DNA of 64,000 nt from a bacterium (GTDB lineage Bacteria > Patescibacteriota > Minisyncoccia > Phycocordibacterales > Phycocordibacteraceae), in NCBI GenBank assembly GCA_023269085.1, contig JAHFML010000001.1:11966-75965 (forward strand), given 5' to 3'. Within the stretch, counting starts at the first letter, position 1. Every line of letters starts with the position of its first letter. The notes below the pieces were generated by a model. The model was not told the origin of the DNA. It ran no database searches and worked only from the letters and a program-made list of their open reading frames with translations. The position numbers were made by a program, and so were the translations under genes. Below, in pieces: positions 27,624 to 35,925 of the stretch.

Positions 27624-29447
27624 TCAATAATTCAATTCGTTAAGAAAGCCCTCGACCTTTTTATCTATTTCCGCTCGTTCTTTCTCCAGCGCCACGAGCT
27701 CCTTACGCACCGCAGACACATCGATCTCTTCCTCCTTGTCGCCATTCTCGATATAGCGACGAACATTGAGATTGAATTCGTTCTCTTCGATTTCTTTGAG
27801 ATCTATTACGCGAGCATAGTTCTCGACATCAGCGTAGTTGTCGTAGGCGCGGATAATCTTCTGAATGTCTTGCACGCGAAGCGAGTTCTGATTCTTCCCT
27901 TCGGAGAAGTCCTTTTCGGCATCAATGACAAGCACCTTGTCCTTGCGATTCTCTGGTTTGTTCTTGTTGAAAATGAGAATGGCCGCTGGGATGCTGGTGC
28001 CGTAGAAGAGTTTGGACGGGAGTGCGATTACCGCTTCAAGAAGGTCGTTCTTGAGCAGTTGCTCGCGGATACGCCCCTCTGCGCCACCACGGAAGAGGAC
28101 ACCATGCGGGAGCACAATGCCCGCGCGACCATTTGAATTCATCGACTTGATGATGTGGAGGACAAAAGCATAGTCGGCGTTCTTGTCCGGTGGCATATCA
28201 TAGCCATCGACGCGACCGTATTTGTCGAATTTGAAGAGTTCGTATTCCCAATCCTTGATTGAGTAGGGTGGGTTCGCAACCACAATATCAAAAGTCTTGA
28301 GCGAACCGTTTGGATTGAGGAATTGCGGATTCACGAGTGTATCGCCGCGCTGTATGTCAGCACTGTCGAGTCCGTGCAGGAACATGTTGATCTTGGCAAT
28401 GGCGTAGGTCCCGATGTTGAGCTCCTGACCATAGAGATAAAGAGTGCGGGCAACTGACTCACCCTCTTTCTCTTTCAAGTGATGAAAGGCCTCGAGAAGG
28501 AAACCGCCCGATCCGACCGTCGGGTCATAGATATGGTCCTTCTTGTGCGGTTTAAGAATCTGAATGATCACACCTTCTACTTCGCGTGGGGTATAAAATT
28601 CTCCGCCTTTCTTGCCTGCGTCAGCCGCGAATTGCTTAATGAGATATTCATAGGCATCGCCGAGCAGATCGGAATTGATATAGGTATCACCGAAGTTGTA
28701 CTGCGAGAAATGATTGAGAAGACGCTGAAGCGTCTCATTCGGGAAGCGATCCTTATTAGCAAAATCGAGATCGTCAAAAATCTTATCAAGCTTCGGGCTA
28801 TTGGCATTCGCAAGCTTCTCGAAGACCTCGTTGAGCTTCACGCCGATGTTTTCTGCGCGTTCCTCGATAACTGACCAACGACACTCCTTGGGGACCTGGA
28901 AGCGATGATTATAATCGGCGCGGGCGATCGTTTCATCCTTGAATTCATCCATTACCCGCGCGTACTCCTCGTCCCACACGTCGCTGATGCGCTTATAGAA
29001 AAGAAGTCCGAAGATGTATTTCTTGTAATCCGAGCTGTCGATCTTACCACGAAGGATGTCGGCGCTCTTCCAGAGAAATTGTTCGAGCTGTGGCAGAGTA
29101 AGTTTGCTCCCCATCTTGTCGACGATCGTCTGAATGTCCTGTGGGCGATACTTACGATCGCCGCGCTTACCAGCACGAAGAGGCACCAAGATCCCATCTT
29201 TCTCCCAATTGCGAAGAGTATCGGGGTGGATATTAAAAATTTCGGCTACCTGGCCGATAGAGAGCAAATCTGGCATGTCTTTAAGCTTTGCTTGAATATC
29301 TTTTCGCATATCTATACGCCTCATCCTATCGCCGCACAAATATAATGTCAAGCGTTCATAGGTCTTCATAGGTCTGCATCCTAACTTACGGCTTAAAATA
29401 AGGATAATCTGGTTACCAACAGCTCGGATTTGTGCTCTGGACTTCAA
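27624..29447 (-). CDS. hsdM: Type I R-M DNA methyltransferase subunit (HsdM) with an in-frame N-terminal MerR/excisionase-like HTH extension
   Basis: N6-adenine MTase motifs (NPPY, FYTP) and an HsdM N-terminal domain (LEQFLWKSADILRG). Upstream of it, in the same frame, about 70 aa with LSIGQVAEIFNIHPDTLRNWEKDGIL. Candidate starts are 29447, 29324 and 29309. Confidence 0.85.
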   Translation of the reverse strand: MKSRAQIRAVGNQIILILSRKLGCRPMKTYERLTLYLCGDRMRRIDMRKDIQAKLKDMPDLLSIGQVAEIFNIHPDTLRNWEKDGILVPLRAGKRGDRKYRPQDIQTIVDKMGSKLTLPQLEQFLWKSADILRGKIDSSDYKKYIFGLLFYKRISDVWDEEYARVMDEFKDETIARADYNHRFQVPKECRWSVIEERAENIGVKLNEVFEKLANANSPKLDKIFDDLDFANKDRFPNETLQRLLNHFSQYNFGDTYINSDLLGDAYEYLIKQFAADAGKKGGEFYTPREVEGVIIQILKPHKKDHIYDPTVGSGGFLLEAFHHLKEKEGESVARTLYLYGQELNIGTYAIAKINMFLHGLDSADIQRGDTLVNPQFLNPNGSLKTFDIVVANPPYSIKDWEYELFKFDKYGRVDGYDMPPDKNADYAFVLHIIKSMNSNGRAGIVLPHGVLFRGGAEGRIREQLLKNDLLEAVIALPSKLFYGTSIPAAILIFNKNKPENRKDKVLVIDAEKDFSEGKNQNSLRVQDIQKIIRAYDNYADVENYARVIDLKEIEENEFNLNVRRYIENGDKEEEIDVSAVRKELVALEKERAEIDKKVEGFLNELNY

Positions 29448-29502
29448 AGACGGTCTGCGTCATTCATTGGGTTATATGGAAACAGCCGCAATTCGCACCC
29501 CA

Positions 29503-30804
29503 ATGACATTCGAGCAAGCCGTTACAAGCCCCGTTCGATACTGCCTCTATGCCCGCAAGAGCACCGAACAGGACGAGCTTCAAGCCGACTCGCAGATCAA
29601 GGAGATGAGCGAGGCGGCCATCAGAGACGGATTGGAGATAGCTGAAGTCAGAAAAGAATCGCACTCGGCCAAGGAGTCTGGCCAGCGACCGGTCTTCAAG
29701 AAGATGCTCGAAGATATACGCAGAGGTATGTTCAACGGCATCATCGCGTGGGATCCATCCCGTATAAGCCGCAACGCTGGAGACCTCGGATCAGTCGTCG
29801 ATCTAATGGACCAGAAGCTTATCGTCGATATCCGAACGCATGGGCAACGATTTACCAACTCGCCGAATGAGAAATTCCTCTTGATGATTCTCTGTAGCCA
29901 GGCGAAGCTCGAGAATGATCATAAGGGAGAGAACGTGAAGCGCGGTCTCCGAGCGAAGTGCGACATGGGATATCGACCCGGCGTCTCGCCGATCGGTTAC
30001 ATCCATGACAAATATGCTGACAAAGGACAAAAGCGCGTTCTCGTCGATCCTAAGCGTGCGCCGATTGTCAAGCAGATGTTCGAGAAGGTCGCGTACGAAG
30101 ATTGGAGCGGTCGCGACTTGCATGAATGGTTTGTGCAAACCGGCTTCATGACCCGATCTGGCAAACGTGTGGCGCTCTCGGGCATCTACAGGATGCTCAA
30201 GGATACTTTCTATTACGGGGAGTTCGAATATCCTGAAGGGAGCGGAAAAATCTACCGAAGTGCCGTCGAGTCAATTATAACGAAGGAGCTATTCCTCAAG
30301 GCCCAAGCAAATCTGCAGGCTCCCCCACGCAGACATCCCGGCACCAACGAGTTCGGATTCACCCGCCTCTTCATCTGTGGCGCGTGCGGCTCCGGTATCA
30401 CTGCCGAAGAAAAGTTCAAGAACCTCAAGAATGGTGCTCGCAATCGGTATGTTTATTATCACTGCACTCGGTATAACGATAAACGCTGTAAAGAGAAACC
30501 GATTCGTGAAGAAAACCTTGTTGAGCAATTGCTGCGGATTATCGACAAGGTCGATAACAATGAGATTGGTGCCCGTGCGCAGATCGGTAAAGAGGTCGCG
30601 CGATATCGTCAGATTGCTTATGGCGTCCTCGGTTACGAACCAGAGCTTGTTCGAGTACCGCCTGAAGCCGATGTGAGACAGTACACGAAGCACGTACTCA
30701 AGTACGGCACCAAGGAAGAGCGGCGGGAGATAATTGGGTGTCTCGATGGAAGAATTGAACTCAAGAGCAAGAATCTTGGTATACGAATCTTTGCAGAATG
30801 CTAA
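29503..30804 (+). CDS. Large serine recombinase (resolvase/invertase catalytic domain, recombinase domain and zinc ribbon)
   Basis: YARKSTEQDE catalytic Ser region. A C-x2-C...C-x-C zinc ribbon (CGACGSG...YYHCTRYNDKRC). Divergent from hsdM. The longest ORF starts at 29467. Confidence 0.8.
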   Translation: MTFEQAVTSPVRYCLYARKSTEQDELQADSQIKEMSEAAIRDGLEIAEVRKESHSAKESGQRPVFKKMLEDIRRGMFNGIIAWDPSRISRNAGDLGSVVDLMDQKLIVDIRTHGQRFTNSPNEKFLLMILCSQAKLENDHKGENVKRGLRAKCDMGYRPGVSPIGYIHDKYADKGQKRVLVDPKRAPIVKQMFEKVAYEDWSGRDLHEWFVQTGFMTRSGKRVALSGIYRMLKDTFYYGEFEYPEGSGKIYRSAVESIITKELFLKAQANLQAPPRRHPGTNEFGFTRLFICGACGSGITAEEKFKNLKNGARNRYVYYHCTRYNDKRCKEKPIREENLVEQLLRIIDKVDNNEIGARAQIGKEVARYRQIAYGVLGYEPELVRVPPEADVRQYTKHVLKYGTKEERREIIGCLDGRIELKSKNLGIRIFAEC

Positions 30805-30813
30805 GATTCGGTA

Positions 30814-31347
30814 ATGACATACGCTCAAGCCGAAGCTTCATTTGGACGCTTCAAAGAGAGATTGCGCGAGCGTCTTGGTCTTAAAAAAGTCAAGAAACAA
30901 GTGCACGATCAGCGAACCAAAGATACTTTCGCAAAATCAGATCCTGACACCAAGATGAAAGTAATTGGGCCGCAGTTGGAATTCTTCACATCCTCCGTGT
31001 CGCGGAAGTCTGATCTACTCCCGACAATAGCAACACTTGTAGCTACTTTGATAGTTGTTGCTACTTTGAATCATGATTTGGTACCTCTACAGCCAAAAGA
31101 GACGAAAACGATTTTGACTCTATTCCTCATACTTATTCCAAGCACTCTGCATTACTACATAAAGCTTATGGAACGTACTGCCAGACAAGCTGTCGATGTA
31201 ATCGATTCATATCAAGGATTTAACGCCTTTGATAAACTTGGGCCGATTTCTTTCTTGCAATACCTAAGTTCCGATATTCCGATAATTATTGTCTATATTC
31301 TCTATGGGGTCGTCGGGCTTATAATCTTTAGAGTTTGGTTCGGATAG
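30814..31347 (+). CDS. Hypothetical membrane protein
   Basis: ORF with C-terminal TM helices. AT-rich. Confidence 0.35.
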   Translation: MTYAQAEASFGRFKERLRERLGLKKVKKQVHDQRTKDTFAKSDPDTKMKVIGPQLEFFTSSVSRKSDLLPTIATLVATLIVVATLNHDLVPLQPKETKTILTLFLILIPSTLHYYIKLMERTARQAVDVIDSYQGFNAFDKLGPISFLQYLSSDIPIIIVYILYGVVGLIIFRVWFG

Positions 31348-31359
31348 GTGCTTCCATAA

Positions 31360-31395
31360 CGACCCATCCCCGGCCTTTCGGACGGGGATGGGTCG
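31360..31395. terminator. Stable 12-bp hairpin cgacccatcccc...ggggatgggtcg with a weak U-tract on either strand, between the island and the tRNA 3' end
   Basis: Seen directly. Possibly a bidirectional terminator or processing signal. Confidence 0.35.
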
Positions 31396-31452
31396 GTTGC
31401 ACAGGATTCATCTGCTCCGCGGGTAGGATTCGAACCTACGACCAACTCGTTA

Positions 31453-32032
31453 CACGTTGCCTCTTGTTACCAAGAGAGTGGACTATATCATCACCCGTAT
31501 CTGTTCTCACAGATCGAGGGTGCGAGGCGCTTCGTCCTTCGATTATTCTCAGGACTACTCCCTTGCGGGATAGTCTCTACACCTTCCTCTCGACATGCGC
31601 CGAGAGACTTGGCTCGGGATTGCCCACAGCATTTCCTCTGTTAGGGGTTCCCCGAATTCACCTCGTGTTCGACCTGAATCTCTTCAGGAAGCTGCGTAAT
31701 GCCTGCGTGCACTTCACGGTGACAATTCGCACAAACAAGAGCGCATTTATCGATTTCTTCTTTGATTTTTTCCCATGATCTCGTGAGCCCTTTTGTCGAG
31801 AGACCGAAGTCTTTCTTCGTAGGATCTTTATGGTGAAAATCAAGCGCTCCTGAATAACGATCGTAACCGCAAATAATGCACTTCCCGCCTTTGTACTCAC
31901 GCGCCATTTCTCGAAGTTTTTTACGACGTTCAGTAACAGCTTTGCGCAAATACTCTGCACGGTCGGCATAAGTCCTTTTTTCTTTTGGCATACTCAGATA
32001 AGTATACCATTGGGTTTCGGACTTGAACCACA
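31453..32032 (-). other. Intervening sequence inside the tRNA anticodon loop, a candidate ORF-containing group I intron (boundaries +/-2 nt)
   Basis: The 5' exon ends in U and the insert ends in G. The insert contains two GNRA-tetraloop hairpins (cucuug-GUAA-caagag at 31461-31476 and uccc-GCAA-ggga at 31561-31572, both read on the minus strand). The same-strand HNH ORF lies within it. Classic P1/P7 elements were not confidently identified by eye. Confidence 0.45.
31641..31991 (-). CDS. Small HNH endonuclease (116 aa) encoded within the tRNA intervening sequence
   Basis: CIICG...LDFHHKDP...CANCH: a HNH/His-Me finger with two CxxC pairs. Same orientation as the tRNA. Confidence 0.7.
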   Translation of the reverse strand: MPKEKRTYADRAEYLRKAVTERRKKLREMAREYKGGKCIICGYDRYSGALDFHHKDPTKKDFGLSTKGLTRSWEKIKEEIDKCALVCANCHREVHAGITQLPEEIQVEHEVNSGNP

Positions 32033-32150
32033 GCGAGCCGCTCTACCACTGAGCTACCGCGGAATATTTTTAGCACCAGAACACTCACCCACCTCGCTAT
32101 GAGGCGGTGTTCATAGTCTACCTGAAAAATCGCGAGCCGCAACAGCGACA

Positions 32151-32470
32151 CTAGGAAGCGACGGGGAGGCCAGCGGCAACCCAGGCGAGGAGGCCGCCCG
32201 AGACGCTTCGTGCCTGCGGCACGCCGTGCGCGTGGAGAATATCGACCGCGTGCGCGCTCCGTGCGCCCGAGCGGCAGATGACATCGATTGTCTCGTAGGC
32301 ATTCAATTCGCCTACCTTGTCTTCGATCTCATCGAGCGGGATATTGAGCGCGCCCTCGATGCCCTGTTCTCTGACCTCCGCGGGTGTGCGGACATCGAGC
32401 AAGAGGCCGCCCGGCTTCCCGAGGCGTGCGAAAGCCTCAGCGGGAGCGATGCTGGGCGTCGAGGGGAAGA
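32151..32470 (-). CDS. Rhodanese-domain sulfurtransferase
   Basis: LLDVRTPAEV...NIPL...CRSGARSA active-site Cys loop. Likely start at MFGFF/MLSFL. The longer track ORF (to 32603) is doubtful. Confidence 0.65.
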
Positions 32471-32519
32471 ATCCAAACATATGCAGAAAGGATAGCATTC
32501 CGCTATACTGCGAACAATC

Positions 32520-33413
32520 ATGCCGAAGAGCCGCCGCGCACAGAAAATTTTTTATCTCGTCTATGCCGTTATGCTCGTCAGCGGCGTGTTCCTTGTCGCG
32601 CAATCAGCAGTACCAATAAACGGGCGTGAGAAGAACGACGAAACTCGCTATGCTGAGACCCCCGCCACCGCGACTATCCCCGCGAAGGCGGCGAGCGGCT
32701 CGTCGCAGGACGAGGCGCTCGCCGTACCGATCTTGGTTTATCATATCGTGCGGCCATCCTACCCGAGCGATAGTACGGAGGTGAAAAAGCTCGCTCATAC
32801 TCCCGAAATCTTCGACGCGGAGCTCTCCTATCTCGCCGCCGCGGGGTACCACATCGTGCCCCTCGCGGCGCTCGTGAGCCATATCACGCGCGAGACACCG
32901 CTTCCCCCGCACTCCATCGTTATCACCTTCGACGACGGCTGGCGCGACCAGTTTGAATACGCCTTCCCTATTTTGAAAAAATATCACGCCACCGCAACCT
33001 TCTTCATCTTCACCAACGCCATCGGCCGGCACGCGTTCATCTCGTGGGACAATCTGCGCGAGATGCTCGCCGCGGGCATGACGGTCGGTGCGCATTCGCG
33101 CTCGCACCCCTTCCTCACCAAGATCACCGATCCCTCGAAGCTCTGGGACGAGATTAGCGGAAGCAAAGTGATCATTGAGAAGAACCTCGGTGTGCCGGTC
33201 ACCGCCTTCGCCTACCCCTTCGGCCAATACAACGCGAGCTCAACCACGCTCGTCGAGAAAGCCGGCTATACGGCCGCGCGCGGCGATTACGTGAACAAGA
33301 AGATACCGCAGTCGTTCTCAAATAGATACATTCTCAACGCGCTCAACGCACCTGTCACGCTCGATCGCTTCGAATACGCCTTCCCCGCTCCAGCTACGAC
33401 GACGGCTCGATGA
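32520..33413 (+). CDS. Polysaccharide deacetylase (NodB homology domain) with an N-terminal TM segment
   Basis: ITFDDGWRDQ...HS.SHP motif pattern. 297 aa. Confidence 0.8.
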   Translation: MPKSRRAQKIFYLVYAVMLVSGVFLVAQSAVPINGREKNDETRYAETPATATIPAKAASGSSQDEALAVPILVYHIVRPSYPSDSTEVKKLAHTPEIFDAELSYLAAAGYHIVPLAALVSHITRETPLPPHSIVITFDDGWRDQFEYAFPILKKYHATATFFIFTNAIGRHAFISWDNLREMLAAGMTVGAHSRSHPFLTKITDPSKLWDEISGSKVIIEKNLGVPVTAFAYPFGQYNASSTTLVEKAGYTAARGDYVNKKIPQSFSNRYILNALNAPVTLDRFEYAFPAPATTTAR

Positions 33414-34056
33414 GCTTGTAGTCGTGCGGGAAGAGCTTCTTCGAGACGATAAACACGCCATACGCCATGAAGGGCGCCGCGAAGACGTCGATCGAGTAGT
33501 GCACATGCGCGAGCAGGACCGCTGTGCCGAACACCGCCGATACGAGGAGGAACATGAAGCGAGCGCGCTTCTCCCTCCAGAAGACAAGGGCGAGGAGGAA
33601 TGGCAGACCCGTGTGACCGGAGAAGAAGAGTCCTGTTTGGAAATTGAGATATCGATAGATCGTGTCGAAGAGACCAAGATCGAGAATCATATGATCAGGA
33701 TAGATCCCGACATGAGTAAGAGAGGTACAGAGCGCACGCACCGAGACGAAGAGCGCAAGCGCCTTCAACGCGAAGAGGGCGTGCCGTGGCCGTCGCAGGA
33801 CGAAGAGCGTCCCGACGATGATAGCGACGAACGCCATCTCGACGATGATGAAGTTCAGGTCGATAGCAGGAATGTTGTCGAGGATAATGTCGCCGACCGG
33901 GACCGTCGTCGGGCGGAGCATGTAGGTGAAAGCGTAGACATTCGCGAAATGTTCGAGCAGATATGAGACGAAGAGTAGGACACCGGCCGCGATGAGCGAG
34001 TCGCGCCACTTCGCCGTGAAGAGATCCCGTATCCTCATCGGGTGCGTAGATTCCAT
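33394..34056 (-). CDS. PAP2-superfamily membrane phosphatase
   Basis: SGHTG (PSGH) and HVHYSID (SRxxxxxHxxxD-like) motifs. Multi-pass membrane protein. Confidence 0.5.
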   Translation of the reverse strand: MESTHPMRIRDLFTAKWRDSLIAAGVLLFVSYLLEHFANVYAFTYMLRPTTVPVGDIILDNIPAIDLNFIIVEMAFVAIIVGTLFVLRRPRHALFALKALALFVSVRALCTSLTHVGIYPDHMILDLGLFDTIYRYLNFQTGLFFSGHTGLPFLLALVFWREKRARFMFLLVSAVFGTAVLLAHVHYSIDVFAAPFMAYGVFIVSKKLFPHDYKLIEPSS

Positions 34057-34057
34057 A

Positions 34058-34480
34058 TTATTTCACCGCCTTCGCGGCGCAGGTCGCACACTTACAGCCG
34101 AAGGGCTTGATGTGCTCGTTCACATACTCCTCGCCGTAGTCATAGGTGAGCTCGTCGCCCAGCTTGATGCTTTTGATCGCGTCGATCCAGACCTTCCCGC
34201 GCACGACGTTCGGTTCGCAGTTCGGCTTGCAGGCACAATTGATATAGCGGGCGAAGTTGCCGCGCTCTGCCCCATCGATCGTCTTGCGGTTCGACACTTC
34301 AAAAAGATATTTGCTCTTGCTCGAATATTCCTCCTCCTTGGATATCTCGCGGCCGAAGTATTCGATGATGCGCTCGCCCTTCTTGAAGGCGCGCGTCGCG
34401 AAGAGCCCGAGGCCCGCGCTCGACTTCCCCACCCGAAGCCCCGCGGGGCATACCGGCTTCTTTTCTGTTTTCGTTTCCAT
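34058..34480 (-). CDS. SET-domain protein (putative lysine methyltransferase)
   Basis: NFARYINCACKPNCEP (NHSCxPN-like), ELTYDYG (ELxxDY) and a post-SET CKCATC cysteine cluster. 140 aa. Confidence 0.7.
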   Translation of the reverse strand: METKTEKKPVCPAGLRVGKSSAGLGLFATRAFKKGERIIEYFGREISKEEEYSSKSKYLFEVSNRKTIDGAERGNFARYINCACKPNCEPNVVRGKVWIDAIKSIKLGDELTYDYGEEYVNEHIKPFGCKCATCAAKAVK

Positions 34481-34508
34481 ATCGCTCTACTCTACTGTAT
34501 CCCGCGCG

Positions 34509-35171
34509 TCATTCCAAATTTATTGAAGTCGGCCACTCGGGGACAGAGCCGGCAGAGCGCTCCATGGCGTCGGCTCTTCGTACAAAGCGCCAGTTGCCTC
34601 TCGGCACGAGGTCGTAGTGCTGTGCCGATGCGAGCGCATCGGCAATATGCCAGAGATTCTCTCCTGAGGTAATCCAGTCTGTGCCGTAGCGGCGTAGGTC
34701 GAGCGGCCGGCTATAGCACTCAAGCGTCTTCTCGCCCGAGGGGAGGAACCACTCGTTGAAGTAGGAGGCCGCGAGCTCGCGCGGCGAGCGGTAGATCGGG
34801 TCGCGGAAGCGGAGCACCGCGTGATTCGTCTTGCTCACGGCGCCCCACGCACCATTGCGCTCATAGAGCGCGACGACATGGTCAACATCGCCTCGGCCCA
34901 TCCTCGCTGAGAGGTCCATGATGAGCGGCTTCTCGCCTCTGATCCAGAGCGCGGCGGCGGCGAGGAGCGCGCCCTCGATGCAGTGGCACTCCCGCGCGCG
35001 GAGGACCGCGCGCGGCGACCTCTGCGTATCGCCTTCCCTCTCAAAATTCATCGGGAGCGCGTCGATGAAGTCTTGGATCTGTATCGGTGTCTTGAGCGCG
35101 GCGAGCGTCGCAAACTCCTCGCGGGTGAGGCCCGACATCGCGCGCAGGAGGCGCTCAATCTTTTGCATCAT
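34509..35171 (-). CDS. Hypothetical protein, a possible transglutaminase-like Cys-His-Asp fold (CHCIEGALLAAAALW)
   Basis: Weak motif resemblance only. Confidence 0.35.
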   Translation of the reverse strand: MMQKIERLLRAMSGLTREEFATLAALKTPIQIQDFIDALPMNFEREGDTQRSPRAVLRARECHCIEGALLAAAALWIRGEKPLIMDLSARMGRGDVDHVVALYERNGAWGAVSKTNHAVLRFRDPIYRSPRELAASYFNEWFLPSGEKTLECYSRPLDLRRYGTDWITSGENLWHIADALASAQHYDLVPRGNWRFVRRADAMERSAGSVPEWPTSINLE

Positions 35172-35190
35172 GCCCTAAGCATAGCGCATA

Positions 35191-35230
35191 AAAAAGCCGC
35201 CGCCCGGGAGGGCGGCGGCTTCTTCTATTT
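35191..35230. terminator. Bidirectional rho-independent terminator (gccgccgccc-ggga-gggcggcggc flanked by A5 and T-rich runs)
   Basis: 10-bp GC stem. Serves the minus-strand 3D-domain gene (the U-run lies on the minus transcript). Confidence 0.7.
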
Positions 35231-35231
35231 A

Positions 35232-35843
35232 TTATCTGACCGCGAGCGACGTACTCTGCTTCTCTACGAGTGCCGCAAGCTCCTCTTGCGTCTTCGGGAG
35301 ATACTTCATGCCGACATGCCCGACAACGCGATAGGTCACGCCGTGACAATTGCCGAGGACATCCGCGGCATTCCGCGCATGACCGTTCGGGCTCACGAAA
35401 TTCGCGTCGGTCGGCAATAGGACATCGAGCCGGTTGCTGTAGCGCGCGTTCATCGTATCTTCGATGACGCGATACCCGATGAGTGGCACGACGACGCTAT
35501 AGCCGCAGTCATCCTTTGACGACGTGATATTCGCGCCGTCGAGCTCGATAATCGTACCGAAGGGCAATTCGCCGCCGAGGTCCTGCGAGCGCGCCGCGAC
35601 AATCTCTGGATTCGAATACGCGCCCGAGGCGGTCTCGAAGGGGTTGTCGTCGGTCTGCTCGACCACGGCGTTATAGCCCGTGAGGGCAATAGTGCGGCTC
35701 GGGCCGGCCGCGGGAGCGGTAACGGCGACTGGCGCGACCAGAGCGGTCTGCGCATGTGCCGGTGTTGCGGGCGCGTTCACCAAGGGGAACGCGGTTGCAC
35801 CGACCAAAAGCGAAAAGCCCATCAGGGCTCCTAATATTGGCAT
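35232..35843 (-). CDS. 3D-domain (MltA-like / YocH-YuiC family) cell-wall protein
   Basis: Signal peptide, then LTGYNAVVEQTDDNPFETASG. The conserved Asp residues of the 3D domain are present. Confidence 0.65.
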   Translation of the reverse strand: MPILGALMGFSLLVGATAFPLVNAPATPAHAQTALVAPVAVTAPAAGPSRTIALTGYNAVVEQTDDNPFETASGAYSNPEIVAARSQDLGGELPFGTIIELDGANITSSKDDCGYSVVVPLIGYRVIEDTMNARYSNRLDVLLPTDANFVSPNGHARNAADVLGNCHGVTYRVVGHVGMKYLPKTQEELAALVEKQSTSLAVR

Positions 35844-35925
35844 AGGATGTGATTACCGAAATAGTCAATAACTACCTCGTATCCCGAGCTTAGCATATTG
35901 ACATTTTATTGTCAAGGTATTGTGC

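Larger units (their letters stand above)
31415..32064 (-). tRNA. tRNA gene split by an intervening sequence of about 578 nt. Reading RNA-sense on the minus strand, the 5' half (acceptor 5' strand, D-arm, anticodon 5' stem) is at about 32064-32031 and the 3' half (anticodon 3' stem, variable loop, T-arm, acceptor 3' strand) is at about 31452-31415. The reconstructed anticodon loop is CUGUUAA (Asn-GUU, favoured) or CUUGUAA (Thr-UGU), depending on the exact splice junction.
   Basis: 5' half uccgcggUAgcucagugguagagcG gcucg cu(gu). 3' half (ug)uaa cgagu ugguc guagg uucgaau ccuac ccgcgga g. Acceptor stems complement 7/7. Anticodon stems complement 5/5 with one G-U. The D and T loops are canonical. 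U1-A72 and G73 are as in tRNA-Asn. Confidence 0.6.

Noticed and set aside
31413-31460. tmRNA (ssrA) hypothesis for the tRNA-like T-arm/acceptor 3' end
   Set aside because: No complementary 5' acceptor strand, tag ORF or pseudoknots lie within a plausible distance. A matching tRNA 5' half sits about 580 nt upstream on the same strand, so a split tRNA explains the data better.
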